A stretch of DNA of 31,526 bases, taken from IMG/VR virus record IMGVR_UViG_3300005837_000063, positions 1 to 31,526 of that record; one strand, written 5' to 3'. The stretch's first letter is position 1, and the number at the start of each line of letters is the position of its first letter. The position numbers were made by a program, and so were the translations under genes. This document shows, piece by piece, positions 8,064 through 16,753 of this stretch. The DNA is from a virus. Its lineage: Duplodnaviria; Caudoviricetes. The notes under the pieces were generated by a model, which worked only from the letters and a program-made list of their open reading frames with translations, made no database searches and had not been told where the DNA came from.

Positions 8064-8772
8064 CTTTGACTATGACATAACTAAATGTGCCAGAAATCGC
8101 ATCCGATCCTGAGCTTACTAATGCACGTATTTCAATATCTGATTTGGCTGGCATGGCAATCGGCACACCTAAAATATATTGAGCAAAATTATTATGCAAT
8201 GTCGTTACTGTCTGCGTCCGAAATACACCGCCAAATTCACGCAAAACAAATCTTGCTGTTGCAAATTTATTTGCCGCCGTTGTGCCTGATGACACTGTTA
8301 TATTAAAAATATAAGCCGTATGATTTCTCGGCACTGAATAAATGCTTTGCAATGTCTGATTTTCGCCAGCATCTATCTTTCCGTATTTATTTACTGGCAC
8401 ACCTGATGAAACTGTGCCTGTTCCTGCGTAAATATCACCTGTTGGCTCGTCTGCAGTTACAAACATACGATTAACCCGCAAAAAACTATTTGACGTATTT
8501 ACTGCGGTTTGACCTGTAATTGTTACGCTTTCAGATATTTCATCGTAATTAGCATCAAGCCCCTCAATCGTAATGGTTGATGTATCGCTGTCATTACTGC
8601 TTGAAACCTTAAGCACACTGGCTGATGCAAGATAACTATATATACCGCCTTGTGACCAAACTGTCTCTTCGTCTGTGCTTACTGCGGGATTGTATCCAAA
8701 CTTAAATGCTGGGCGGTGTCTAGCAATCATCCCTTCATGTATTTGGATGCCATATTTTGCATCTATGGTCAT
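8050..8772 (-). CDS. Hypothetical, possibly virion, protein (240 aa)
   Basis: ATGA-coupled to portal; Ser/Thr/Gly beta-rich (KFGYNPAV...ETVW.QGG.Y, GLDANY, FLRVNR). Confidence 0.75.
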   Translation of the reverse strand: MTIDAKYGIQIHEGMIARHRPAFKFGYNPAVSTDEETVWSQGGIYSYLASASVLKVSSSNDSDTSTITIEGLDANYDEISESVTITGQTAVNTSNSFLRVNRMFVTADEPTGDIYAGTGTVSSGVPVNKYGKIDAGENQTLQSIYSVPRNHTAYIFNITVSSGTTAANKFATARFVLREFGGVFRTQTVTTLHNNFAQYILGVPIAMPAKSDIEIRALVSSGSDAISGTFSYVIVKDENS

Positions 8773-10922
8773 TTTTTCTTGTCGCTTTTTAGAGGATGAC
8801 CTTCGGGCAACAAATCAAGATCAAACTTACCTGATTTAAATTTATTATTCCTGACGGCGTACAAAAAAGCATTAATTCTTGCAAGTGCCCATTGATCACT
8901 ACTTGTAACAGACGGACGGACCGAAGCGGGATTGGTATTGAAGGCTCCTACTCCCCGACGAAAAACGGCTTCAAGCATACGCTGTGTAACACGCTTGCCC
9001 TTTCTATCGCCATATTCCTCATTGTGATCCTTTACTTTATTGGCAATTGCTTTTTTAATTTTTTCACTGACCTTTGCCTTTGACTCATAAGCGCCATCAA
9101 TTAAGGCATCAACAGATAGGTTTTTGTCACGCTCTCGGTTAAGCTGATCGACTTTCCGTCTTGCCCATGATTGCCCGCTATCGCCGCCCCATAATAACCA
9201 TGCGATTTTTCCTGCGCTTGGATAGCCATCCTCGCCCTCTCTAAATCCCTCTGCCTCTTTATCAACCTCATGCCTACTAAAAAAGCTGTGCATACGCCTT
9301 ACTGTTGATGGTGATAGGTTATCCCTACGAACAAGTTGATTTGCTCTTGCTACACCTACCTGTGTGCCACCTCGACCAAACTCACGCCGCATTTGCAATC
9401 CACGTTTTGCCGCCGCAGACATAGCTTCAGTTGGCTTGGTATCGACATCTGCCTCTGCCTTTGGTGTTTCTAACTGATCGCCTGTTAGTCTCTCGTAATC
9501 AGCATGACTTGAGCATGGCATATACACAGTGCCATTTTCAGTTTCATGTGCATGTGTGCCGCTACAACCTATCTGTTCAGCACGCTCTTCAGCTTCGCTT
9601 TCAGTTGAGAAAATATCTTTTTCGACTTCTCTTTTGCCACCGTATATATCTTTAGCATCTTCGTCATTTGCATCCTCCGTAGTTGGTGCGCCAAGTGGGA
9701 ATAAATTAGCGGCAATATAAACATCATCACCGCCTGTAATATCATCAAGCCCAAGCCGTGATCTTGCTTCGTTTCTGCTTATAATGCCTTCCCGAACTGC
9801 ATTGATAACATTGTCATAAATTCTACGTCTGCGCTCTGCCATTGCTGGTATAGAGTCAATGTCATATCTGATTTGTATGTTTTCACCATATGCTGGTGCA
9901 AGCCATTCGTTAAGATCACTTTGCATACGCATCATAAGAGGCACGATTGTATCCTCATAAAGTGCAAGTCTAGCTTCCTGCACATTTGCATATGTTTGTG
10001 CATCTGGCACACCTACTAGCTGGCTTGGCACACCAAAGCATAATGCAATATCCCTTGCGCTCATGTTCTTCAATTCTAGGAAATCCATGTCTTTTGGCGT
10101 CAAACCCATCTCTTTCCAATCAAAATCGCCTTCCAGTAACATTGCACGCCCTGAATTATCAGGACCACTAAATCGTGCATTTAGGTCGGTGTGTAATTGT
10201 TGTCTTTGTGCCTCTGATAACTGCACAGGCATGCCAGCATCATCTTTTGGCTTAAAAACAATGGCACCTGAAGGTCTGGCACCATTATTAAGTAAATTGA
10301 CATTGTGTCGTGCCGCAAGATTGTGCTGATCAATATCAACAGCCGCCGCACTTATTGGTGACAAACCATAATAATCATCTAATGGGTTCCATAGTTTAAG
10401 ATGCTTGACTTCTGATGCACCAGTTTCCTGATCAACATCATACTGAGCCACAACCTGACCGCCGATTTTATATTGATAATTTTTGGGTATCTGGGTCTTG
10501 CTTGGCGTAATGGTCATGCGGTCTGGGCGCAAAATATGCAACTCACTTGGGCGACCATTTACATCTGAGCGCAAGGCGTATGAATTACCATCAAGCAACA
10601 AATAGGAATATAATGCTTGAAAATACTCTGACCCTGCCATTTGTGGATTTGGTCTTTGTAATAATATTTGGAGCGGGTGGTTTTCAATCTGTGTATCACC
10701 ATCGAACACCTGAAACTTGACTGCACTTGCTCCATTAGCAATCTCATTGATACAGCGATAAACGATAGCGTTTTGCTGATAGCCTTCTTGTGATAGTCTT
10801 TGGTATGTATATTTAGACTGATTGTATGCTGTTACACCTTGATACATAACCATTGGAAAGTCTTTACGCTCAAGGTTTGGCGGATTGATAAAATTGGCAA
10901 GTCGCTCTCTAAATGTTGGCAT
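8769..10922 (-). CDS. Portal protein, HK97 family, with ~305-aa C-terminal extension
   Basis: VYRCI..IA, LL.RPNP, LLLDGNSY, YGLSP, NGARPSG, DMDFLE, FGVP, ISRNEAR; follows the terminase. Confidence 0.96.
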   Translation of the reverse strand: MPTFRERLANFINPPNLERKDFPMVMYQGVTAYNQSKYTYQRLSQEGYQQNAIVYRCINEIANGASAVKFQVFDGDTQIENHPLQILLQRPNPQMAGSEYFQALYSYLLLDGNSYALRSDVNGRPSELHILRPDRMTITPSKTQIPKNYQYKIGGQVVAQYDVDQETGASEVKHLKLWNPLDDYYGLSPISAAAVDIDQHNLAARHNVNLLNNGARPSGAIVFKPKDDAGMPVQLSEAQRQQLHTDLNARFSGPDNSGRAMLLEGDFDWKEMGLTPKDMDFLELKNMSARDIALCFGVPSQLVGVPDAQTYANVQEARLALYEDTIVPLMMRMQSDLNEWLAPAYGENIQIRYDIDSIPAMAERRRRIYDNVINAVREGIISRNEARSRLGLDDITGGDDVYIAANLFPLGAPTTEDANDEDAKDIYGGKREVEKDIFSTESEAEERAEQIGCSGTHAHETENGTVYMPCSSHADYERLTGDQLETPKAEADVDTKPTEAMSAAAKRGLQMRREFGRGGTQVGVARANQLVRRDNLSPSTVRRMHSFFSRHEVDKEAEGFREGEDGYPSAGKIAWLLWGGDSGQSWARRKVDQLNRERDKNLSVDALIDGAYESKAKVSEKIKKAIANKVKDHNEEYGDRKGKRVTQRMLEAVFRRGVGAFNTNPASVRPSVTSSDQWALARINAFLYAVRNNKFKSGKFDLDLLPEGHPLKSDKKK

Positions 10923-12217
10923 TAGCTAATTCTCCAAGTAGCCTGTCCATCTGAACGGCTTAACTCTGTCAATGCCCAAACTAAGGCATCTAATCTGTCG
11001 GGCGATTTTCCATCGCCAACATAAAAACACATTTGTTCTTCTAGCTTAGCAAATATTCCAACGTGTGACACCTTTTTTTGTTCATATAATGCGGCAATAG
11101 GTTCTGCACGTATCATCTTACCTCTTGTTGCTCTTACAGATCGTATCGGCACATTCTTGTCAATTGTCATAATAAGTTTTTCTACTAGATCACCGCCATT
11201 ATTAACCTCGACAACAATTCTATCTGCTTCGTATTTATAATAGGCTCTTATCGCTTCACGCATCCAGCCATCTGGCGTGTTTTTCTGTGAAATATCATCA
11301 ATGATGTAAAAACGGTTATCAATCCCACGCCCAGCTACAATTATGCCAGTTTCGTCGGAATGTTCGTTATTGGTTACCGCAGGATCAATAGCAACAACAA
11401 TTCTCGATAATTCTGGCAGATCGACTTCAGGAAGTCGCAACGCATCAATCTGATCATGTGACCATAATGCTCCTTCAACCTCGTCAACTATTTCTGCGTA
11501 TAATTCTTGGCGACCTAATGTTGTGCCTCCATATTTTTCCTCTAATGCGGCAAGTGCTGACGGTGCAAGATTTGCGGCATTATCAAATGTGCTACCTCGT
11601 GTAACAATTACATCGGGCTTATCTATAAGGCTTTTTAGTAGTTTCGTTGGCTTTGGCGTTGTTGTGATAACGCATTGTGGTTTTTCTCCCAGCCTTAAGC
11701 CAAAAAGCAACTGATCAAATGTTTCGGGATACCGCCATGCCGCTAATTCGTCACACCATGCCCTGTGAAACTGTGGTCCACGTAACCGATCTGGCTCTGT
11801 AGCACTAAAGCCAATAATCTTTGATCCATTCTTTAAACGTATTTCTTGATTGCTTGCATTAAATCCTTGACCTCTGCCATCAACCAAGCACTCTCTTGGT
11901 ATCAATGACATGATGCCTGACACACCACCAAACGCCACTCTTTTAAGATCACCAAATGTTGGCGTTATGACTGCACAATTTACGCCCTCATTTTCTAGCG
12001 CATATGTGATTATATCTTGTGCGCCTGTGCGTGTTTTGCCCCAACCTCTACCCGCAAGTATAAGCCATATATTCCAATCACCTGTTGGTGTGATTTGCAG
12101 ATCACGTGCTTGCGCTTCCCATTCACTAATGGATTGTAGTGTGGCTCTGTGCTCGTTCTTCCCGCATTTCTCGTAATTGTTGTAAAGCTCGTTTAAATGC
12201 TTCATCTCCGTCAACAT
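10922..12217 (-). CDS. terL: Terminase large subunit (Terminase_6, GTA-like)
   Basis: Walker A AGRGWGKT, LRGPQF, Walker B AWCDE, TTTP, nuclease VAIDPA..DETGI, SPDRLDALVWA; AAAGGA RBS. Confidence 0.96.
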   Translation of the reverse strand: MLTEMKHLNELYNNYEKCGKNEHRATLQSISEWEAQARDLQITPTGDWNIWLILAGRGWGKTRTGAQDIITYALENEGVNCAVITPTFGDLKRVAFGGVSGIMSLIPRECLVDGRGQGFNASNQEIRLKNGSKIIGFSATEPDRLRGPQFHRAWCDELAAWRYPETFDQLLFGLRLGEKPQCVITTTPKPTKLLKSLIDKPDVIVTRGSTFDNAANLAPSALAALEEKYGGTTLGRQELYAEIVDEVEGALWSHDQIDALRLPEVDLPELSRIVVAIDPAVTNNEHSDETGIIVAGRGIDNRFYIIDDISQKNTPDGWMREAIRAYYKYEADRIVVEVNNGGDLVEKLIMTIDKNVPIRSVRATRGKMIRAEPIAALYEQKKVSHVGIFAKLEEQMCFYVGDGKSPDRLDALVWALTELSRSDGQATWRIS

Positions 12218-12683
12218 CTATTGTTCCTTTATGGATTTCTGATGCTTCACCAAGTGCCAGCTTGCCAAGTTTCTGACCATTTAATGCAATCTGGCTTAAA
12301 TCTTTAATTTGGTATATTTCAAGTGCAACTGTATTTCCATCGCCCCTGATCGCCGCAAGATTTTCCTGCAACCGCCTGCCAACCTCACTGATCATGCCAT
12401 TCGCTATTGTAAGACAATTCTTATCAAACTGACTTGCTTGTTCTGCCAGTTTATTAACCTTTTTTTCAGAAATCTTTTTTGTAAGTTGATCCTGAAACTC
12501 TTGGCGTTTATTCAGCCAATCGCCTTCCCTTGCCCATCTGCTAATTGTATTTGCGGTTGTGCCGTGATTGCGTGACAGCTCTCGCATACTAGGATACTTT
12601 CGCACACCATCATCATCGGCTATGCCTTGAATATACTCCTGCCTGATCTGCTCTCGTATTTTGCCTGTATCTCTATTTGCCAT
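12126..12683 (-). CDS. terS: Probable terminase small subunit
   Basis: N-terminal HTH (SMRELSRNHG..ANTISRWAREGDW), helical body, overlaps the start of terL. Confidence 0.75.
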   Translation of the reverse strand: MANRDTGKIREQIRQEYIQGIADDDGVRKYPSMRELSRNHGTTANTISRWAREGDWLNKRQEFQDQLTKKISEKKVNKLAEQASQFDKNCLTIANGMISEVGRRLQENLAAIRGDGNTVALEIYQIKDLSQIALNGQKLGKLALGEASEIHKGTIDVDGDEAFKRALQQLREMREERAQSHTTIH

Positions 12684-12717
12684 TGCTATATGTCCAAATT
12701 ACATATTTAACTTGTAT

Positions 12718-13623
12718 TTAATCAGATTTTACTCTTTTGACAAGTTTTTGCCCATAATCATTATTTCCCACTAGTGAATTATAGTCTTTTTTTCTTTTAA
12801 GTTTCATCTTTTGAAATGGCATGTAATTAACCTTATGATGCCATCTGCCAAACTTTTTAACCAGTTTACTTACATCTGGATGGACCTGCACTTGCATACG
12901 TGATTTTTCAAGCGTTCCCTCTTTGAAATAAAACTCGTCACTATTCCCACCTTTCAGCACTTGTGTCATAAGCTTTTGCTGTGCAAAGGCATAGAACTGC
13001 ACAGTGCACCAGCCTGCTTTCATCATATCAAGAGACAGGATTGTATCTTCGTTGTATCTGCCTCGCCATCTAAAGGGTAAATCATTACGAATAAAGTTAC
13101 AGCTGTATATCCGTGTATTCGTTATGAATGGTGGCATATCTATTTCAGGATCACGAAAACAGAACATGCCATACACAGGACCGCCCATACCGATGTTCTC
13201 ATATCTTAAAATAAAATCCTCTTGCGCTTTCCAGAATGATGCCGATTTGCATCTTATCCGCCTACGATTATTTGTCCTGATGAAATATTGGATATTGTCA
13301 TCCATAACCCAGTGCCAAGCGTGACCATTATCTATGCTATGATCCCATGCAAAGTTTCGTGCGGGACCTGGTCCTGAGCTTTTACTAGTGCCCAGATCAT
13401 CACAATGCTCGTATTTATCTTTATAAGAAAGATCAAGCTCCAATATGGTTGCGTATTCAAGATTACGATGTGCTAGATATTTTTTTACCTCTTGTGGCTC
13501 TACAACAATGTAATGCCTTACCTTCATCTCACATAACGCATCTGATGTAAGACATACATCTGCCCTTCCCTTAGAGGGAATGTATAAGGGATAGTTAGGG
13601 TGATTATTCGTCAGTGTACTCAT
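12718..13623 (-). CDS. GT-A fold glycosyltransferase, TET-associated (TAGT)/GREB1-like family
   Basis: YIPSKGRA, GPARNFAW, WVMDDNI, RIYSC, WRGRYNEDT.LSL, TQ..KGGN, WHH.VNY. Confidence 0.8.
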   Translation of the reverse strand: MSTLTNNHPNYPLYIPSKGRADVCLTSDALCEMKVRHYIVVEPQEVKKYLAHRNLEYATILELDLSYKDKYEHCDDLGTSKSSGPGPARNFAWDHSIDNGHAWHWVMDDNIQYFIRTNNRRRIRCKSASFWKAQEDFILRYENIGMGGPVYGMFCFRDPEIDMPPFITNTRIYSCNFIRNDLPFRWRGRYNEDTILSLDMMKAGWCTVQFYAFAQQKLMTQVLKGGNSDEFYFKEGTLEKSRMQVQVHPDVSKLVKKFGRWHHKVNYMPFQKMKLKRKKDYNSLVGNNDYGQKLVKRVKSD

Positions 13624-14236
13624 AATCAGAATTATTTTGCGGTATGTGTTTTGGGAAATAAACTGTTTTGGTTTTTTCTGTTATTGTCTGCCCTTCAAGT
13701 AAACGCTCAAAATCTTTTAGGTCTTTCTCTGTATGAAAATGCACCCACAATCTACGAAACACAGTAGGTTCGTCATCGTATTCTGGCATGCCTTCCCATT
13801 CTGCCCATGCGTCTGTCTTTTCTTCATCAATATCTAGTTTTAGGCTTTCCAGCTCTATAGGTTCAAAGCCCGTAAACGATAGATCGAACTGATGCAATTG
13901 TAGTTGCTCAAATTCATCACGCAACAAATTGAAATCCCAAGACGCATCTAACGCAATACGATTGTCTGCCAATACATATGCTTTCTTTTGTGCTTCTGTT
14001 AAATGCTCTGCTTTGATTGTTGGCAATTTATCAATCTTTAATTTTTTTGCCGCCAAAACACGACCATGCCCAGCAATAATGCCTTTTTTAGCATCAACAA
14101 TAATCGGATTTAAAAAACCGAATTCTGTGATTGATTTTGCAATTTTGTCTATTTGCTCTGCACTATGCACACGACTATTAGTGGCATATGGCACTAATTT
14201 TTTTGTATCTATGTATTCAAAGGAAATATCTTGCAT
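13604..14236 (-). CDS. ParB/Srx N-terminal domain protein with extra C-terminal domain
   Basis: LVPY..NSR.HS..QI..IA.SI.EFGF.NPI, IIAGHGR..AA, YVLADNR; C-terminal WEGMPEY...VHF...QTIT.KTK..YFP. Confidence 0.88.
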   Translation of the reverse strand: MQDISFEYIDTKKLVPYATNSRVHSAEQIDKIAKSITEFGFLNPIIVDAKKGIIAGHGRVLAAKKLKIDKLPTIKAEHLTEAQKKAYVLADNRIALDASWDFNLLRDEFEQLQLHQFDLSFTGFEPIELESLKLDIDEEKTDAWAEWEGMPEYDDEPTVFRRLWVHFHTEKDLKDFERLLEGQTITEKTKTVYFPKHIPQNNSDYEYTDE

Positions 14237-14261
14237 GTTGCCTATTCGCTGTATTTACAGT

Positions 14262-14302
14262 TTGTTTGGGGCGAGCGCCAAAACACCCGCCCCTCCGAAC
14301 AA
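14262..14302 (-). other. GC-rich RNA hairpin in leader of packaging operon
   Basis: GGGGCGGGUGU-UUUG-GCGCUCGCCCC with outer UUGUU/AACAA pairing; no U tract. Confidence 0.6.
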
Positions 14303-14311
14303 GGAATTATT

Positions 14312-14340
14312 TTTATACCATTAATCGGTATTTTGCACAA
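14312..14340 (-). promoter_or_regulatory. Putative promoter of ParB-GT-terminase-portal operon
   Basis: TTGTGC-N17-TATAAA with TGG before the -10. Confidence 0.55.
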
Positions 14341-16027
14341 CCTCTTGATAACAGCGTGTTGTAGTGTTGTATGTAAAGTAACATTCACCAATATTACCAT
14401 ATACATCTTGCTCTCTAATCTTGCGCATAATTACCCTAGTTTCATTGGTTTCAAAGTCTCTATGCACAACCATGCCGACATCTGCCATATTATTCCAGTG
14501 CGCTGATCCTGCAATCTGATACAAATCTGGTGCGGGAATGATACCTTCGTCTGTTCTATAAAGCTTATGAGGATGTGCTACCATCCAAACAGTTGTATTG
14601 TAATACTGACCAAATCGTTGACATTTAGCAATCAAATCACGAATATGTTCATCTTCCCGCTTGCCGCCATCTCTTGTTGCATCAATTTTATTGAACGGAT
14701 CAATAACTAAACCATCTAACCCATAACGAAGATTTATTTGTTTTGCTCGGTCAAGTATATAATCAATCGTTGGGATTTCGTCGCCGCTTTCTATAAAATG
14801 AAAATGATTATTTAACCAATCAATGCCTTGCCTGAGCTCTGACTCACTCATGCGGCTTGTCGGTCCATGTTCAAATGGCTTTTTTATACGCTTTTCTAGT
14901 AATCGCCTAAGATGTTGTTGTGTTGAATGTTCAGGGCTAAAAATGCCAAATTTCCAAGCGTGGCTTTCTGCCATATTTATAATTATTTGATCAAGAAAAT
15001 TTGACTTACCATGGTTTGGCACACCAGTTATTACATGAAAAGTTGCAGGCATTATTTTGTAGATTTTATCTAATTCATAAAAGCCTGTGCTTAATGGTTT
15101 TGCTGTGCGCCCATAATATAAATCTAATACACCGCCTAGATATTGCTGTGCTGTAAAAACGCCGTCAATCGGATTTGGTTTTGCATTTTCAATACACTCC
15201 TTAACAACCTCTTTGCCGAATGCTAGCAATGTTTCGTTTGCATCTTTGCAGGTAACATCTTGCATGTCCGCCCATTCAACACGCCAACAAATATCTTTGC
15301 CAAATCTATGTTGCAATTCATCGGCTAATGCTTGACCAGCTTCATCCATATCAACAGCAATAATTATTTTTTTGGCTTTATGATTTTCTAAATTTGCAAG
15401 AATTTCAAAACGCTTGTCTTGTTCTCGGTATTCAGCTTTTGCTGGTGCGCCATCTGGCAGGCTAATAACATTTTCAAATCCACATTCATAAAGTGATAAA
15501 ACATCCATTTCACCCTCTACGATAATTAATGTTTCTTGTTCTAACAGATCAAGATTTTCTGCCATATAGAATTGTTTTCTGGCATCTTTTTCTTGTCTGA
15601 ATTTTTTATCTGCTGTGCGATATTTAATATTAAATAGCTCACCTTTATGGCGATACGGAAAAGCAATACATTTTTCTTTTCCATCACCAAAGCGCATCAT
15701 TGTTTTGTAAATTGAAAAGGCATCAACTGTCTGCTTTGAAATACCTCGCTTTTCAAACCATGTATAGAATTTATCGTCTGCGTTCCGATTTTCTGGTAAT
15801 GTTATATGTCGTATTTCTCTTGGCTTTGGGTTATATACAGCCCCTGCAATATTACCAGACCATCCGCAATTATGACATTTCCATACAGCACCGCCATCTG
15901 GATCTATCTTTACAGATAAGCAAAGGTCTTTTTTATTTCTTCTCGTATGAGAACATTGTGGGCATGTTGTCTTATGGTTGCCAATATTATTTGAGTTTAT
16001 CTTAATTCCTTGTTCGTGAAGTGTCAT
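14321..16027 (-). CDS. Bifunctional primase-helicase (T7 gp4/Twinkle-like)
   Basis: CPQC...CHNC zinc finger, TOPRIM VEGEMD/DMDEAG/KDANE, Walker A TGVPNHGKS, VIDP, VAHP. Confidence 0.93.
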   Translation of the reverse strand: MTLHEQGIKINSNNIGNHKTTCPQCSHTRRNKKDLCLSVKIDPDGGAVWKCHNCGWSGNIAGAVYNPKPREIRHITLPENRNADDKFYTWFEKRGISKQTVDAFSIYKTMMRFGDGKEKCIAFPYRHKGELFNIKYRTADKKFRQEKDARKQFYMAENLDLLEQETLIIVEGEMDVLSLYECGFENVISLPDGAPAKAEYREQDKRFEILANLENHKAKKIIIAVDMDEAGQALADELQHRFGKDICWRVEWADMQDVTCKDANETLLAFGKEVVKECIENAKPNPIDGVFTAQQYLGGVLDLYYGRTAKPLSTGFYELDKIYKIMPATFHVITGVPNHGKSNFLDQIIINMAESHAWKFGIFSPEHSTQQHLRRLLEKRIKKPFEHGPTSRMSESELRQGIDWLNNHFHFIESGDEIPTIDYILDRAKQINLRYGLDGLVIDPFNKIDATRDGGKREDEHIRDLIAKCQRFGQYYNTTVWMVAHPHKLYRTDEGIIPAPDLYQIAGSAHWNNMADVGMVVHRDFETNETRVIMRKIREQDVYGNIGECYFTYNTTTRCYQEVVQNTD

Positions 16028-16659
16028 CCTGCAATCCTATTTCTATTTGTTTTCTGTTTTGGTTCTTCAAGTATATCAAAATACCTTTCTTGATTTAACC
16101 ATGTTGATGCGTGCGGTATAAATTTTGGATCTGTATTTTTTTGTGATGATGCAAATTGTTTTGTTGCGTGCATTAATTTTGGTTGTGAGATTTTTTTAAT
16201 TGCAGATTTGAATTTATTAAAAGCATCTTTTTTAGATGAATTTGGTCTTTTAGGGTATTCAAGCCAAAACTCTAAAAATTCAGATGTATATTCTGATTGG
16301 TTAATATGATTGGTTATATCCCCTGTTGGTTTTGACAGGGGGGCGGGTGTCAATTTGACAGGGGGGTGGGTTTCATTTTGACACTCTAATTTTAAAATAT
16401 ATACATTTGATGTTTGGCGGTTTTTATCGCCATATGCTTGGTATCTTTCCCGTATTTCAATTAAAGATTTTTTGCGTAAATCATGTAATGATCGCCTTGC
16501 GGTCGACTCAGAACACTCTGCCATATTTGCTATTTTTTTTATGCTTGGAAAACAGGTAAAATCTTGATCAGCATAATTTGCTAATATCCAGAGAATACAC
16601 TTATTAGTTGAATTGCCAGCCTTTTGCTCGCTTGCCCATTTCATAGCCTCAAAGCTCAT
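16024..16659 (-). CDS. Replication initiator with N-terminal winged HTH (HTH_36, lambda O-like role)
   Basis: LANYAD...CFPS...IA...ECSEST.RR.L; C-terminal F.EFW..YPKR...IPHASTWLNQERY. Start set at ATG 16659 after GGAGG. Confidence 0.85.
   Translation of the reverse strand: MSFEAMKWASEQKAGNSTNKCILWILANYADQDFTCFPSIKKIANMAECSESTARRSLHDLRKKSLIEIRERYQAYGDKNRQTSNVYILKLECQNETHPPVKLTPAPLSKPTGDITNHINQSEYTSEFLEFWLEYPKRPNSSKKDAFNKFKSAIKKISQPKLMHATKQFASSQKNTDPKFIPHASTWLNQERYFDILEEPKQKTNRNRIAG
16331..16383. repeat. 23-bp tandem iterons, probable replication origin
   Basis: TTTGACAGGGGGGCGGGTGTCAA / TTTGACAGGGGGGTGGGTTTCAT / TTTGACA inside the initiator gene, flanked by AT-rich DNA. Confidence 0.75.
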
Positions 16660-16673
16660 TATTATTCCTCCTT

Positions 16674-16687
16674 GTTCGTCCAAGAAC
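16674..16687. promoter_or_regulatory. Operator-like palindrome upstream of initiator RBS
   Basis: GTTC-gtccaa-GAAC, perfect consensus. Confidence 0.7.
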
Positions 16688-16718
16688 ACAATAATATGAT
16701 TTGATTGTGGCAGTAAAC

Positions 16719-16747
16719 AAAAAAAAGGGCAGATAAAAATCTGCCCT
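16719..16747 (-). terminator. Rho-independent terminator
   Basis: AGGGCAGAT/ATCTGCCCT 9-bp stem followed by a T run on the minus strand. Confidence 0.88.
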
Positions 16748-16753
16748 AAAATA

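Noticed and set aside
13604-14236. ParB as a plasmid-prophage partition system
   Set aside because: No ParA, no ParB HTH or parS array; the context is the terminase-associated type
14287-14300. GAACAAGG as an eighth operator
   Set aside because: Only a half-site; the partner position reads CCGC and is part of the hairpin
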